Assembly: GCA_963705105.1 (NCBI GenBank)
Contig: CAVPIW010000005.1
Location: 288,001 to 352,000 of the forward strand
Direction of reading: 5' to 3'
Length of the DNA: 64,000 bases
DNA from: an uncultured Nitrospiraceae bacterium
GTDB lineage: Bacteria > Nitrospirota > Thermodesulfovibrionia > Thermodesulfovibrionales > Dissulfurispiraceae
A model generated the notes under the pieces. The model saw nothing but the letters and a program-made list of their open reading frames with translations, had not been told where the DNA came from and made no database searches. Positions 32,502 through 42,008 of the stretch are shown one piece after another; the stretch's first letter is position 1; each line of letters begins with the position of its first letter. The position numbers were made by a program, and so were the translations under genes.

Positions 32502-32963
32502 TTACGGAGGGCAGGCGACCGGCCTTGCCGTAGCGGTGAGATACGTCTGCGTGATGGCCCCCGTTGTGCCGTTACGCCTTGTGTCGATCATTTTTGCAGT
32601 GCCGTTCAGCGACGAGTCGAGCACTATCAGGCCTGTCTCGGAAATGAATGATTGAGCCGCAGGCCCGCCCGGTCCTCCGGGACTTGAAAACGTGTAGTGA
32701 ATTCGTATCTCGCTTCCGACCACTTCGGCGCTTCCCGAGACAGGTACGATCACGCCGAAGGCGTTCGTCCTGCCCGTGATCGCCACGTGCGGACCGTCCA
32801 GGGAAACGCCGAACTGCATGATCGTCGGGATCCCCCCACCAAAATCAACGAGCCAGCAGAAATCTCCGATATAGTCCGCTCCGGCGTCCGGCGCAGCCCA
32901 GACAACGGCAACGGCGATGAAAAGCAACACCCCAACAGCCCGCCACTTCACGGTCATGCACAT
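32502..32963 (-). CDS. Secreted hypothetical beta-rich protein
   Basis: Signal peptide ending APDAGA; mature DYIGDFCW..PVACPP with a likely terminal disulfide. Confidence 0.65.
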   Translation of the reverse strand: MCMTVKWRAVGVLLFIAVAVVWAAPDAGADYIGDFCWLVDFGGGIPTIMQFGVSLDGPHVAITGRTNAFGVIVPVSGSAEVVGSEIRIHYTFSSPGGPGGPAAQSFISETGLIVLDSSLNGTAKMIDTRRNGTTGAITQTYLTATARPVACPP

Positions 32964-33174
32964 AATCCGTTCACGTCTCTCACTCGTTTTCACGGCCAAC
33001 CTCCTTCGATCGTTTTTTTTGTGAAAGATGCACAACGAAGCACTTGAAACAATTATAAACACCTTCCACTGCAAAAGCGACAGGAAAATCTCGCGTCCGT
33101 TGTTTTTTTGCCTCCCCCTCTGGTAGAATCTATGCCCATGATCAACATACTGACAAATAAGGACTATCTTGCCC

Positions 33175-33750
33175 ATGAATAAACGTGAGAGCCTGATAGA
33201 ATTAGTCAAAAAGGTATCGTACCAGTACAGCGAGGAGCCGGTCTTCAAACTCACCTCGGGAGCGGTCAGCAATTTCTATTTCAACATGAAGAAGACGACG
33301 ATGAGCCCCGAGGGTCTTCATCTGGTCGGCAAGATCGTGTATGACAAGATCGTGAATCTTGGCCTCGACAACGTGAAAGGTATCGGCGGCCTCACCCTGG
33401 GGGCCGATCCGATCGCATATGCCGTTTCATACTATGCCATGACCATGAAGCGCATGATATACGCCTTCAGCATCCGCAAGGAGCCCAAGGGTCATGGCCT
33501 GAAGCTGCCCGTGGAAGGGGACGTGCACCCTGGGGACCATGTGGTGATCATCGACGATGTGGTGACGACGGGGGGCTCGACGATCAAGGCGATAAAGGCG
33601 GCGGAAGACTTCGGCCTTGTCATAGATGCAGTGATCGTGCTTGTTGACCGCTGCGAGATGAACGGCAGACAGAATATCGAAGCCCTGGGATATCCCGTGT
33701 ATGCCATTCTGGCGATCGACGACTTCATGCCGGGCCGCTCATCAAAATAG
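33175..33750 (+). CDS. pyrE: Orotate phosphoribosyltransferase
   Basis: FKLTSG, GGLTLGADP, IRKEPKGHG, IDDVVTTGGS. Confidence 0.95.
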   Translation: MNKRESLIELVKKVSYQYSEEPVFKLTSGAVSNFYFNMKKTTMSPEGLHLVGKIVYDKIVNLGLDNVKGIGGLTLGADPIAYAVSYYAMTMKRMIYAFSIRKEPKGHGLKLPVEGDVHPGDHVVIIDDVVTTGGSTIKAIKAAEDFGLVIDAVIVLVDRCEMNGRQNIEALGYPVYAILAIDDFMPGRSSK

Positions 33751-33886
33751 CCTGTCACTGCGCATTTACAGCCGCCTCATCCCCGGCCTCTCCTCGCCTT
33801 GCGTTTGCATTTTCATGAAAAGGCAAGTTAAAGCGCCGCAGGGCTCCCTTTTGTTCACGACAGCGACGGCTGTGATAAGATAAATC

Positions 33887-35637
33887 ATGTCCGTCATCCG
33901 CATCCTGCCCGAAAATCTCCGGAATATGATCGCCGCAGGCGAGGTCGTGGAGCGTCCCGCTTCGGTGGTGAAGGAGCTCCTCGAAAACGCCCTCGATGCC
34001 GGCAGCACAAAGATCGAGATCGACATCGCGAGGGCCGGAAAAGGGCTCATCCGCGTCGCCGACAACGGCGGCGGGATGGATCGCGACGACGCCCTTCTCG
34101 CCTTTCAGCGGTACGCGACGAGCAAGATCGGCGCTGTCGAGGACCTCTTCCGCATCCGCACCCTCGGCTTTCGCGGGGAGGCCCTCTCTTCGATTGCGTC
34201 GGTATCAAGAATGCGGCTTATCACCGCCCTGCCCGGACAGACGGGAACTCTCATCGAGATCGACGGCGGCGAGACGAAGGACCTGCGAGACCATCCCGCA
34301 ACGGGCACGATCATCGAGGTAAAGGACCTTTTTTTCAATACCCCGGCGCGCCGCAAGTTCCTGAAGAGCGATACGACAGAGAACCATCACATCATCGATC
34401 GATCACGCGCTCCGCTCTCTCTCATACCGGAGTGTCTTTCACCCTCCGCATGGACGGCGCAGAGGCGCTGTCTCTCCCCCTGGCGGCTTCGCGAAGGGAG
34501 CGCATAGCCCAGATTTTCGGAAAGGAATTCGCCGATGCGCTCCGGGAATGCAAGGACGACCGGGGCGGCTTCCGGGTCCGCCTGTTCTTGGGCAATCCCC
34601 TGCGCCGTTCAAACTCACGGAAGAATCAGTTCATCTTCGTGAACGGGCGTCCCGTGAGAGACCAGATTATCACCTCGGCCGTCTACAGGGCCTGCGAGGA
34701 CGTCATGCCGAAGGACAGCCATCCCGTCTTCTTCGCATTTCTGGACGCCGATCCGGCAAGCGTGGATGTCAACGTCCACCCGACGAAGCGGGAGGTGCGC
34801 TTTGCGGACCGGCAGGCCATCTTTTCCCTGATCCTCGGTACTGCCCGCAAAGCATTAGCACCTGCCGATTCGGCACCTGAGACCCCCTTCCTGCATGATG
34901 ACGTACCGGTTTGCCCGTCCGAAGCCCGATTTGTCAGCGACGGTTCTCCGGTGACCTCAGAAGCGGGTTACCCGTCAGCCGGTCCGGAAAGACAGGGGGT
35001 GATGCTCGGTGACGGGCAGGCCGCGGCGACGTACAGGGCGGGTGACGGAGACACGCCTTTTTTCTACATCGGCGATACCTTTGTTGCCCTTCCCGGAAAA
35101 GACGGGCTGACACTCATGGACTACCACGCCGCGCACGAACGGGTGAATTACGAGAAATTCCTGAAAAAGACAGCCATCTCTGCCCACAGGCTGCTGTTTC
35201 CCCAGCAGGTGAAGCTCACTGCCGCGGACTACCGGATCATCATTGAGAATGCCGGATTCCTCTCCGAGTTCGGCCTCGACGTTGACGATTTCGGCCACGA
35301 AACCGTCGTCGTCAGAAGCCTTCCCGACGTTCTCCGGGATGCCGACGCAGAGGCGCTCCTGGGTGATCTCGCCTCATCACTGCTGAGCAGGGAAGATTTT
35401 GCTGATCCTGCCGACCCTGACCCGGGCCTCGATCCCTCGTGGTCGATAAAAAGGAAGATCGCCGCAAGGCTGGCCTGCCACGGTTCGTACAGGGGAAAGG
35501 AAGACCGCATCAGGGTGCGGATCGGCGAGTTGCTGAGGGACCTGGATGCGGCGGAACACCCTCACGTCTGCCCTCACGGCAGGCCCACGAGGATATTCCT
35601 GTCTCTCAGGGAACTGAAGAAAATGTTCCGGAAATAG
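33887..35637 (+). pseudogene. mutL: DNA mismatch repair protein MutL with 1-nt frameshift at ~34400 (real or assembly error)
   Basis: [32 protein letters not shown] in the first frame; VDVNVHPTKREV, DYHAAHE, CPHGRP in the second; join gat-cg-atc lacks one base. Confidence 0.9.
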
Positions 35638-35643
35638 CGGTCG

Positions 35644-36462
35644 TCACCCGAAAGCGACGTCGAGGATCATCATGACGACGAACCCGACGATGGCGCCAAG
35701 GGTGGCAAGGTCGGTGTTGTTGTGGCGCTGTGACTCGGGAATCAGTTCTTCGACGGTGACGAAGATCATGGCGCCGGCAGCGAACCCGAGGGCATAGGGC
35801 AGGATCGACTGGGCGCCAGCAACGAGCGCCGCGCCGATGACTCCCGCCACGGGCTCGACCAACCCTGAGAGTTGACCGTACCAGAAACTTTTCAGCCGTG
35901 ACATCCCTTCCCGTCTCAGGGGGACCGAGACGGCGACCCCCTCGGGGAAGTTCTGGATGCCGATGCCGAGGGCCAGGGCCATCGCCCCCGTTACTGATGC
36001 GCTCGCCACACCTTCGCCGGCTGCTCCGAAGGCGACGCCGACGGCAAGACCTTCCGGAATGTTATGAAGGGTCACGGCGAGGACAAGGAGCGTGCTCCTG
36101 CGCCAGGTCGTCCTGATGCCCTCCGCCTCGCTGATCAAAGCCCCTGTGTGGAGGTGGGGCAATATTCTGTCGACGATCCTGAGGGAAACGCCCCCGAGGA
36201 GAAACCCAGCGGCGGCAGGCAGCCAGGGAGGCAAGCCGAGCCCCTGGGACATCTCGATGGCCGGCGCAAGGAGTGACCAGAAACTCGCGGCGATCATGAC
36301 GCCGCTTGCAAAACCGAGCATGCCGTCAAGGACTTTCCTGCTCACGGTCCTTGTAAGGAAGACGAGCGCCGCGCCAAGGGCCGTCAGGAACCAGGTGAAA
36401 CACGTGGCCAGGAACGCCTGCCCGACGGGGCTGAAGGGCTGAATGAAATCAATGGTGCTCAT
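35644..36462 (-). CDS. ZIP family (ZupT/GufA) metal transporter
   Basis: [26 protein letters not shown]. Confidence 0.92.
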   Translation of the reverse strand: MSTIDFIQPFSPVGQAFLATCFTWFLTALGAALVFLTRTVSRKVLDGMLGFASGVMIAASFWSLLAPAIEMSQGLGLPPWLPAAAGFLLGGVSLRIVDRILPHLHTGALISEAEGIRTTWRRSTLLVLAVTLHNIPEGLAVGVAFGAAGEGVASASVTGAMALALGIGIQNFPEGVAVSVPLRREGMSRLKSFWYGQLSGLVEPVAGVIGAALVAGAQSILPYALGFAAGAMIFVTVEELIPESQRHNNTDLATLGAIVGFVVMMILDVAFG

Positions 36463-36510
36463 GGGTCCGCTCCATACTACTATTGTAGCCTCCACCACCG
36501 CTCCTGTAAA

Positions 36511-36698
36511 CCTCATCGTTGCGAACGCCCTCCGGAAAGGCGCGGTACGTGCGCCGAAAAGCCTCGGTGCTGCGACACCTTTGTCGTCCCATAGAGACCA
36601 TTTTAGGTCGCTGGTGTCCAAAATGATCTGACACGAAGCGCTTTGCCCCGCCTTTCCCGATGAATTCCATTCACTGACACTCACTCACACCTACACTG
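36511..36698. mobile_element. MITE family A copy (interior type II, degenerate right arm)
   Basis: cctcatcgttgcg..ggaaaggcgcggtacgtgcgccgaaaagcctcggtgctgcg; trailing cactga hexamer repeats. Confidence 0.65.
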
Positions 36699-36818
36699 CC
36701 GTCGTCCTTGTTGGCATATGCCTGCGCAATTTAGTACAATGTGGACATGAGGGTTCAGGTTTTTTTAAAGGCCTGCAACGTAACCATCACATCTTCCAGT
36801 CGCACAAGGAGAAAGAAA

Positions 36819-37235
36819 ATGAAAGTGCTGAAGATTCTGCTGCTTTCCGTGATCGTCACGGGACTCGTCTTTTCAGTCGCGACCGCCTCAAAGCACACAC
36901 CGGAAGAACGGGGCAAGGCGCTCTTCAATGACCCGAAGTTCGCCGGCGCCACAGCCGGCAAATCCTGCGCTACCTGCCATCCGAAGGGCAAAGGACTGGA
37001 GGCTGCCGGCGAGAAGAAGGAATTCAAGATCATGGGGAAATCGCAGAAGAGTCTCGAGGAGGCGGTCAACTTCTGCATCGAAGGCGCCATCAAGGGGAAA
37101 CCCATCGATCCGAAATCGGACCAGATGAATGATATGGTCGCCTATATCAAGTCGCTGAAGGGCAAGGCGAAGGCGGAAGACAAGGTAAAGGCCCCCGCGG
37201 AGAAGCCGAAGAAGAAGAAGATCGAAGGCTGTTAA
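36819..37235 (+). CDS. Monoheme c-type cytochrome
   Basis: Signal peptide, RGKALF, CATCH, SLEEAVNFC, Lys-rich tail ending IEGC. Confidence 0.85.
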   Translation: MKVLKILLLSVIVTGLVFSVATASKHTPEERGKALFNDPKFAGATAGKSCATCHPKGKGLEAAGEKKEFKIMGKSQKSLEEAVNFCIEGAIKGKPIDPKSDQMNDMVAYIKSLKGKAKAEDKVKAPAEKPKKKKIEGC

Positions 37236-37242
37236 GCAAAGA

Positions 37243-37279
37243 CGGGGGGAGAGGACAATCTCCCCCCGATTTCCTTTTA
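37243..37279 (+). terminator. Rho-independent terminator-like hairpin
   Basis: cggggggaga-ggacaa-tctccccccg followed by atttcctttt. Confidence 0.65.
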
Positions 37280-37282
37280 ATT

Positions 37283-38047
37283 ATGAACCTCTTTCTCATT
37301 AAATCAGGCCTCTCTGTCCTTTTGCTTCTACTCGCGGGCATTTCGACATTCACGATGCTCGAAGTGTTCGGCAGGAGTGAAAAGCGCTACAACATCCAGA
37401 CGCTGAAGACGATTCACAGGGTCTCAGGCATTGTTTACATCCTCCTCTTCCTCTGTGTCGCATACCTGTGCGTTCATTATCTCGTCGTGGCCAAGTCCGA
37501 TCTGACTCCCCGCAATACGGTCCATATCCTCTTCGCCCTGTCGATCTTTGCGCTCCTAAGTCTGAAGGTCCTGTTCGTGAAGGTGTACCGCCAATTCTAC
37601 CCGAAGGTGCAGACCATGGGGCTTGCCCTGTCCCTGCTCACGGTGGGACTCTTCGGCTTTTCCGGCGGGTTTTATCTTGCCGTGACGGAGTTCGGGACGG
37701 ACGATGCCTACTACCGGAAGCATGAGCAGGCGGAACAGGCCCGGGAAAGCTCCGGAACGGGAGATCCCCTTGCAAAGACGGTCATTCATCGCGGCGATCC
37801 GAAGAAAGGGCGGACTGTCTTCGAAGAAAAGTGCCGCTTCTGTCACGATCCCGGCAGTGCGCAGATCACCGTCGGGCCCGGGCTCAAGGGGATTCTCAAG
37901 GGCTCATCATTGCCGGCGAGCGGCAAGCCGGCGACACCGCAAAACATCGCTCTCCAGTTGAAGAAACCACTCGGCAAGATGCCTTCCTTCGCACACATGA
38001 CGGACGAAGAAGTGGCCAACTTGCTTGCATATCTGAAGACGCTCTGA
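37283..38047 (+). CDS. Membrane protein (4 TM, His-containing) fused to c-type cytochrome
   Basis: IHRVSG..VHILF TM helices; CRFCH..GPGLKG..MPSF. Confidence 0.82.
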   Translation: MNLFLIKSGLSVLLLLLAGISTFTMLEVFGRSEKRYNIQTLKTIHRVSGIVYILLFLCVAYLCVHYLVVAKSDLTPRNTVHILFALSIFALLSLKVLFVKVYRQFYPKVQTMGLALSLLTVGLFGFSGGFYLAVTEFGTDDAYYRKHEQAEQARESSGTGDPLAKTVIHRGDPKKGRTVFEEKCRFCHDPGSAQITVGPGLKGILKGSSLPASGKPATPQNIALQLKKPLGKMPSFAHMTDEEVANLLAYLKTL

Positions 38048-38093
38048 AAATAGTGACAGTGTCGGTGTGAGTGTCAGTCAAAGGGAGGGAAAA

Positions 38094-38465
38094 GTGAAGA
38101 TCCGCATCATCCTGTGTGTCATTTCAGGGCTCGTCATCCTGTTTGCTTTCAGCGGCGCCCGGTCCGCATCACCGTCAAAGGCGCAGCCGGTCGTTGTCAA
38201 GAAAGACAGGAAGAGCATCGAGGCGGGCAGGGGCTTGTTCAGGGACAAGTGCTCCTTCTGCCACGAGACGGCGAGCACCGCCTCCATCGTCGGGCCCGGG
38301 CTCAAGGGGATCATGAAAAACAAGACCCTCCCGGTCAGCGGAAGGCCGTCCACAGCGGAAAGCATCGTCTATCAGATGAGGACCCCTTTCAAGGAAATGC
38401 CGTCGTTTTCCTACATGAACGACAGGGACATCGGCAACATCATCGCGTTCCTCAATACGCTGTAG
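38094..38465 (+). CDS. c-type cytochrome, paralog of the preceding domain
   Basis: GTG start after GGGAGG; signal peptide; CSFCH..GPGLKG..MPSF. Confidence 0.85.
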   Translation: MKIRIILCVISGLVILFAFSGARSASPSKAQPVVVKKDRKSIEAGRGLFRDKCSFCHETASTASIVGPGLKGIMKNKTLPVSGRPSTAESIVYQMRTPFKEMPSFSYMNDRDIGNIIAFLNTL

Positions 38466-38476
38466 AGGTCACCGGC

Positions 38477-40507
38477 ATGCCCCGCAACATTCCCGTCGGC
38501 AATGACAGCCTCCTCATCACCTTCGATGAGGACTACTGCATCAGGGACATTTACTTCCCCTGCGTCGGCAAGGAGAACCACACCGTCGGGCACCGATTCA
38601 GGACCGGGCTCTGGGTCGACGGGCAATTCAGTTGGATCGACCGCTCCTGGAACCTCAACCTTGAATACGCGGGAGAGAGCATCATGAGCCACGTCACTGC
38701 CGTCAACGAGCGTCTCGGTGTGACCCTTCACTGCAACGACCTTGTAGATTACCGCGAAAACATCTACATCAAAAAAATCCTGATCAGGAATCTCGCCGAC
38801 CGGAAGCGCGAATTCCGCCTCTTTTTTCAGCACGACTTCCACATCTCCGAGTCCCCGACGGGGGACACGGCTTACTACGACCCGGACGAGCGGGCGGTCA
38901 TACACTACAAGGGGAACCGCTATTTCCTGACAAGCGGCATGCGGAATTCGGCGCACGGCATTGACCAGTTCGCCACGGGCGTCAAGGAATTCAGGGGGAT
39001 GGAGGGCACATGGAGGGACGCTGAGGACGGGGTGCTCGGGGGCAATCCCATCGCACAGGGATCGGTCGATTCCACAATCGGGTTCACCGTCACAGTGGAA
39101 GCCTCGGGCCTGCAGACCATTTACTACTGGATAACGGCAGGGCAGAACTACTCCGAAGTGAGCACCCTGAACAAGATGGTCGTGGGCCACGGCGTGGAGC
39201 ACCTCATCGCGAGGACCGACAGTTACTGGAGCGCATGGATCGACAAGGAGGGGTTCGATCTCTCGGTCCTCCCCGCCGGAGTCGCCAACCTCTTCAGGAA
39301 CAGCCTCCTCATCATGAGGACCAATGTCGACTCGACAGGGGCGATCATGGCTGCCAACGATTCCGACATCCAGCACTTTGCGCGGGATACCTACAGCTAT
39401 ATGTGGCCGAGGGACGGCGCCCTCACGGCCTATGCCTTCGACCTGGCCGGTTATATCGGCATTTCGAGACGGTTTTTCGATTTCTGCCTCGACATCATCG
39501 GCAAGGGCAAGGAATCGGTCGGCTATTTCCTCCACAAGTACAACCCCGACGGGTCCCTCGGCAGTTCCTGGCACCCCTGGATCAGCGACAGCGACAAAAA
39601 ACTGCCCATCCAGGAGGATGGCACAGGGCTCGTGCTCTGGGCGCTCTGGCACCACTTCCATAAATACCGGGACATCGAATTCATCGTCAGGCTCTACGAA
39701 CAGCTCGTCACCCGCTGCGGGGACTTCCTCACGTCTTACCGGGACGGAGAAACGGGCCTTCCCCTTCCCTCCTACGATCTCTGGGAGGAGAAGTGGGGGG
39801 TCCACACCTTCACGGTTTCTGCTGTCTATGCAGGCATCAGGGCTGCCGAGAATTTTACGCGCTTCTTCAGCGACTTCCGGAGGGCAAAGATGTATGCCCG
39901 GGCTGCCGACGAGATCAGGACCGCCATGGACACGTACCTGTACAGCCGGGAGCACGGCAGGTTCCTCAAGTCGATCGTCCCCCGTGACGACGGGTCCTTC
40001 GACGTCGATCTCACCGTCGATTCCAGCATGTACGCGCCTTTCTATTTCGGTGTTTTCGAGCCCGATGACGAGAGGGTCGTGAACACGATGCATGCGATCA
40101 GGGAAAAACTATGGGTCAAAACGGAGGTGGGAGGGATCGCGCGGTACGAGTATGATTACTATCACAGGGTGTCGGACAACGTGAGGGATGTGCCGGGAAA
40201 CCCCTGGTTCATCTGTACCCTGTGGCTCGCCCAGTGGCACATTGCGCGGGCGAAGACGGCCGACGACCTCAAAGAGGTGATCCCGATCCTTGAATGGGTC
40301 GTCTCGCGGGCCTTGCCCTCAGGCGTTCTGGCTGAACAGGTCCATCCCTACACGAACAAGCCACTGTCCGTCTCCCCCCTGACGTGGAGCCACGCAGCCT
40401 TTGTGACAACGGTCCTGGAGTACCTGAACAAGCTCGAAACGATCCATGTCTGCCCCATGTGCGGCGCACCCCTTCACAGCCACAGAAGGGACATGCACCA
40501 CGGGTGA
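38477..40507 (+). CDS. Glycoside hydrolase family 15 (glucoamylase-like)
   Basis: MPRNIPVGN, YSYMWPRDG, IQEDGT, YDLWEE, LAEQ..SPLTWSHA. Confidence 0.9.
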   Translation: MPRNIPVGNDSLLITFDEDYCIRDIYFPCVGKENHTVGHRFRTGLWVDGQFSWIDRSWNLNLEYAGESIMSHVTAVNERLGVTLHCNDLVDYRENIYIKKILIRNLADRKREFRLFFQHDFHISESPTGDTAYYDPDERAVIHYKGNRYFLTSGMRNSAHGIDQFATGVKEFRGMEGTWRDAEDGVLGGNPIAQGSVDSTIGFTVTVEASGLQTIYYWITAGQNYSEVSTLNKMVVGHGVEHLIARTDSYWSAWIDKEGFDLSVLPAGVANLFRNSLLIMRTNVDSTGAIMAANDSDIQHFARDTYSYMWPRDGALTAYAFDLAGYIGISRRFFDFCLDIIGKGKESVGYFLHKYNPDGSLGSSWHPWISDSDKKLPIQEDGTGLVLWALWHHFHKYRDIEFIVRLYEQLVTRCGDFLTSYRDGETGLPLPSYDLWEEKWGVHTFTVSAVYAGIRAAENFTRFFSDFRRAKMYARAADEIRTAMDTYLYSREHGRFLKSIVPRDDGSFDVDLTVDSSMYAPFYFGVFEPDDERVVNTMHAIREKLWVKTEVGGIARYEYDYYHRVSDNVRDVPGNPWFICTLWLAQWHIARAKTADDLKEVIPILEWVVSRALPSGVLAEQVHPYTNKPLSVSPLTWSHAAFVTTVLEYLNKLETIHVCPMCGAPLHSHRRDMHHG

Positions 40508-40511
40508 CAAT

Positions 40512-40739
40512 ATGCCGGCGCAGATAGAAGACAACTACGAGAACGAGGCCGTCTGCCTGCGGTTCTGCGGGACCTGCCCCTCCTACCCGGGAGTGAAAGG
40601 CGAAATCCTTTTCTGCGCCCGCGGCAAGAGCGGCGCCCCGAAGCGGAAAACAGGATGCAACTGCGGTCTCTGCGACCTCTGGAACAAGTACGAGCTGTCG
40701 GATTTCTACTATTGCATCGACAGGAAAAAGGAGGATTAG
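40512..40739 (+). CDS. Small Cys-rich protein, DUF2769-like
   Basis: C..CGTCPSY..LFCARGKS..GCNCGLC..YYC. Confidence 0.72.
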   Translation: MPAQIEDNYENEAVCLRFCGTCPSYPGVKGEILFCARGKSGAPKRKTGCNCGLCDLWNKYELSDFYYCIDRKKED

Positions 40740-40769
40740 AGGGCGAGCCGCTGTTGCCGTGAAAAGTCC

Positions 40770-42008
40770 ATGGCAAAGTATATGAAGAGACGGGATTTTC
40801 TCAAACACTCCGTTGCGGCAGTCGGCGCGCTCGTCGCGTCGGCTCAGGAAGGGCAGGCGCAGCATGACCACGGGGCCCATGCCGGACATGGCGCCGCGGA
40901 AGGACCGAAGCATGATCACATAAAGATGCACGAGCCCGTCGGATGGTCGGACCCGAAGATCACGATGTCCCCCCCACCCCCCCTCATGGGAAAGCAGATG
41001 GGCAGTGTCCACACGCCGGATGTCCCTCCTATAGGTTACGAACTGGACGGCAGGGTCAAGGTCTTCACCCTCATCGTCCAGCCCGTGGAGCGTCTCATCC
41101 TCGACGGCGAACCTCCCGAGGGCTCCATCTGGGACAGGGTCCACAAGGCAAAGGGAATCATGCAGGGCATGCACATCCCGAAGAAGGTGAGGGTCTGGGG
41201 AGTCAACGGCGTTGTCCCCGGCCCGACCATCGAGGCCGTCGAAGGAGACCGGGTGCGTTTCATCGTCAGGAACGAGCTGCCCGAGCCGACATCGGTCCAC
41301 TGGCACGGCATCGAACTCCCCAATGATCAGGACGGTGTCGGCGGCGTCACGCAACCGCCGGTCCAACCGGGGGAGACCTTCGTCTATGAGTTCACGCTCT
41401 ACCAGCACGGCACGTTCATGTATCATTCGAGCTTCAATGAGAAGAAGCAGGTCGGCATGGGGTTCGGGGGGATGTTCGTCGTCCATCCGAAGAAAAGGCG
41501 TTTCTCCATCGACAGGGACTTCGCCATCGTCATACAGGAGTGGAAGTTCCTCCCGGGCAACGAAAATCCCGAGATCACCTCAACGGACCCCAACTGGTTC
41601 ACCTTCAACGCCAAATCGGCGCCCAGCACGGAGATCCTGACAGTGAACCAGGGAGACCGCGTGCGGATACGCTTCGGGAACCTGAGCAACCAGAACAGCC
41701 ATCCCATCCACCTGCACGGCCACACATGGAAGGTCGTCGGCACCGAGGGCGGTCCGGTTCCCGAATCGGCGCAATGGCCGGGAAACACCGTCGACGTGGC
41801 TCCGGGCTCAGTGCGGGACGTGGAGTTCGTCGCCTGGAACCCCGGGCTCTGGCACTTTCACTGCCACAAGCTCCACCACACAGTCAACGCCCATGCCGAC
41901 ATGCCCATGGGCGTCATGCCCATGGGAGGAATGACCACCTTTCTCCAGGTGATACCGAAAGACCCGAAGCCAACCTGGAGGCACTTCAGCGACAAAGGAA
42001 AGCGATGA
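40770..42008 (+). CDS. Tat-exported multicopper oxidase
   Basis: KRRDFLK signal; HWHG, MYHS, HPIHLHGH, HCHKLHH copper motifs. Confidence 0.92.
   Translation: MAKYMKRRDFLKHSVAAVGALVASAQEGQAQHDHGAHAGHGAAEGPKHDHIKMHEPVGWSDPKITMSPPPPLMGKQMGSVHTPDVPPIGYELDGRVKVFTLIVQPVERLILDGEPPEGSIWDRVHKAKGIMQGMHIPKKVRVWGVNGVVPGPTIEAVEGDRVRFIVRNELPEPTSVHWHGIELPNDQDGVGGVTQPPVQPGETFVYEFTLYQHGTFMYHSSFNEKKQVGMGFGGMFVVHPKKRRFSIDRDFAIVIQEWKFLPGNENPEITSTDPNWFTFNAKSAPSTEILTVNQGDRVRIRFGNLSNQNSHPIHLHGHTWKVVGTEGGPVPESAQWPGNTVDVAPGSVRDVEFVAWNPGLWHFHCHKLHHTVNAHADMPMGVMPMGGMTTFLQVIPKDPKPTWRHFSDKGKR

Noticed and set aside
36711..36728. Possible sigma54 site ttggcatatgcctgcgc
   Set aside because: GG-to-GC spacing is off by one base
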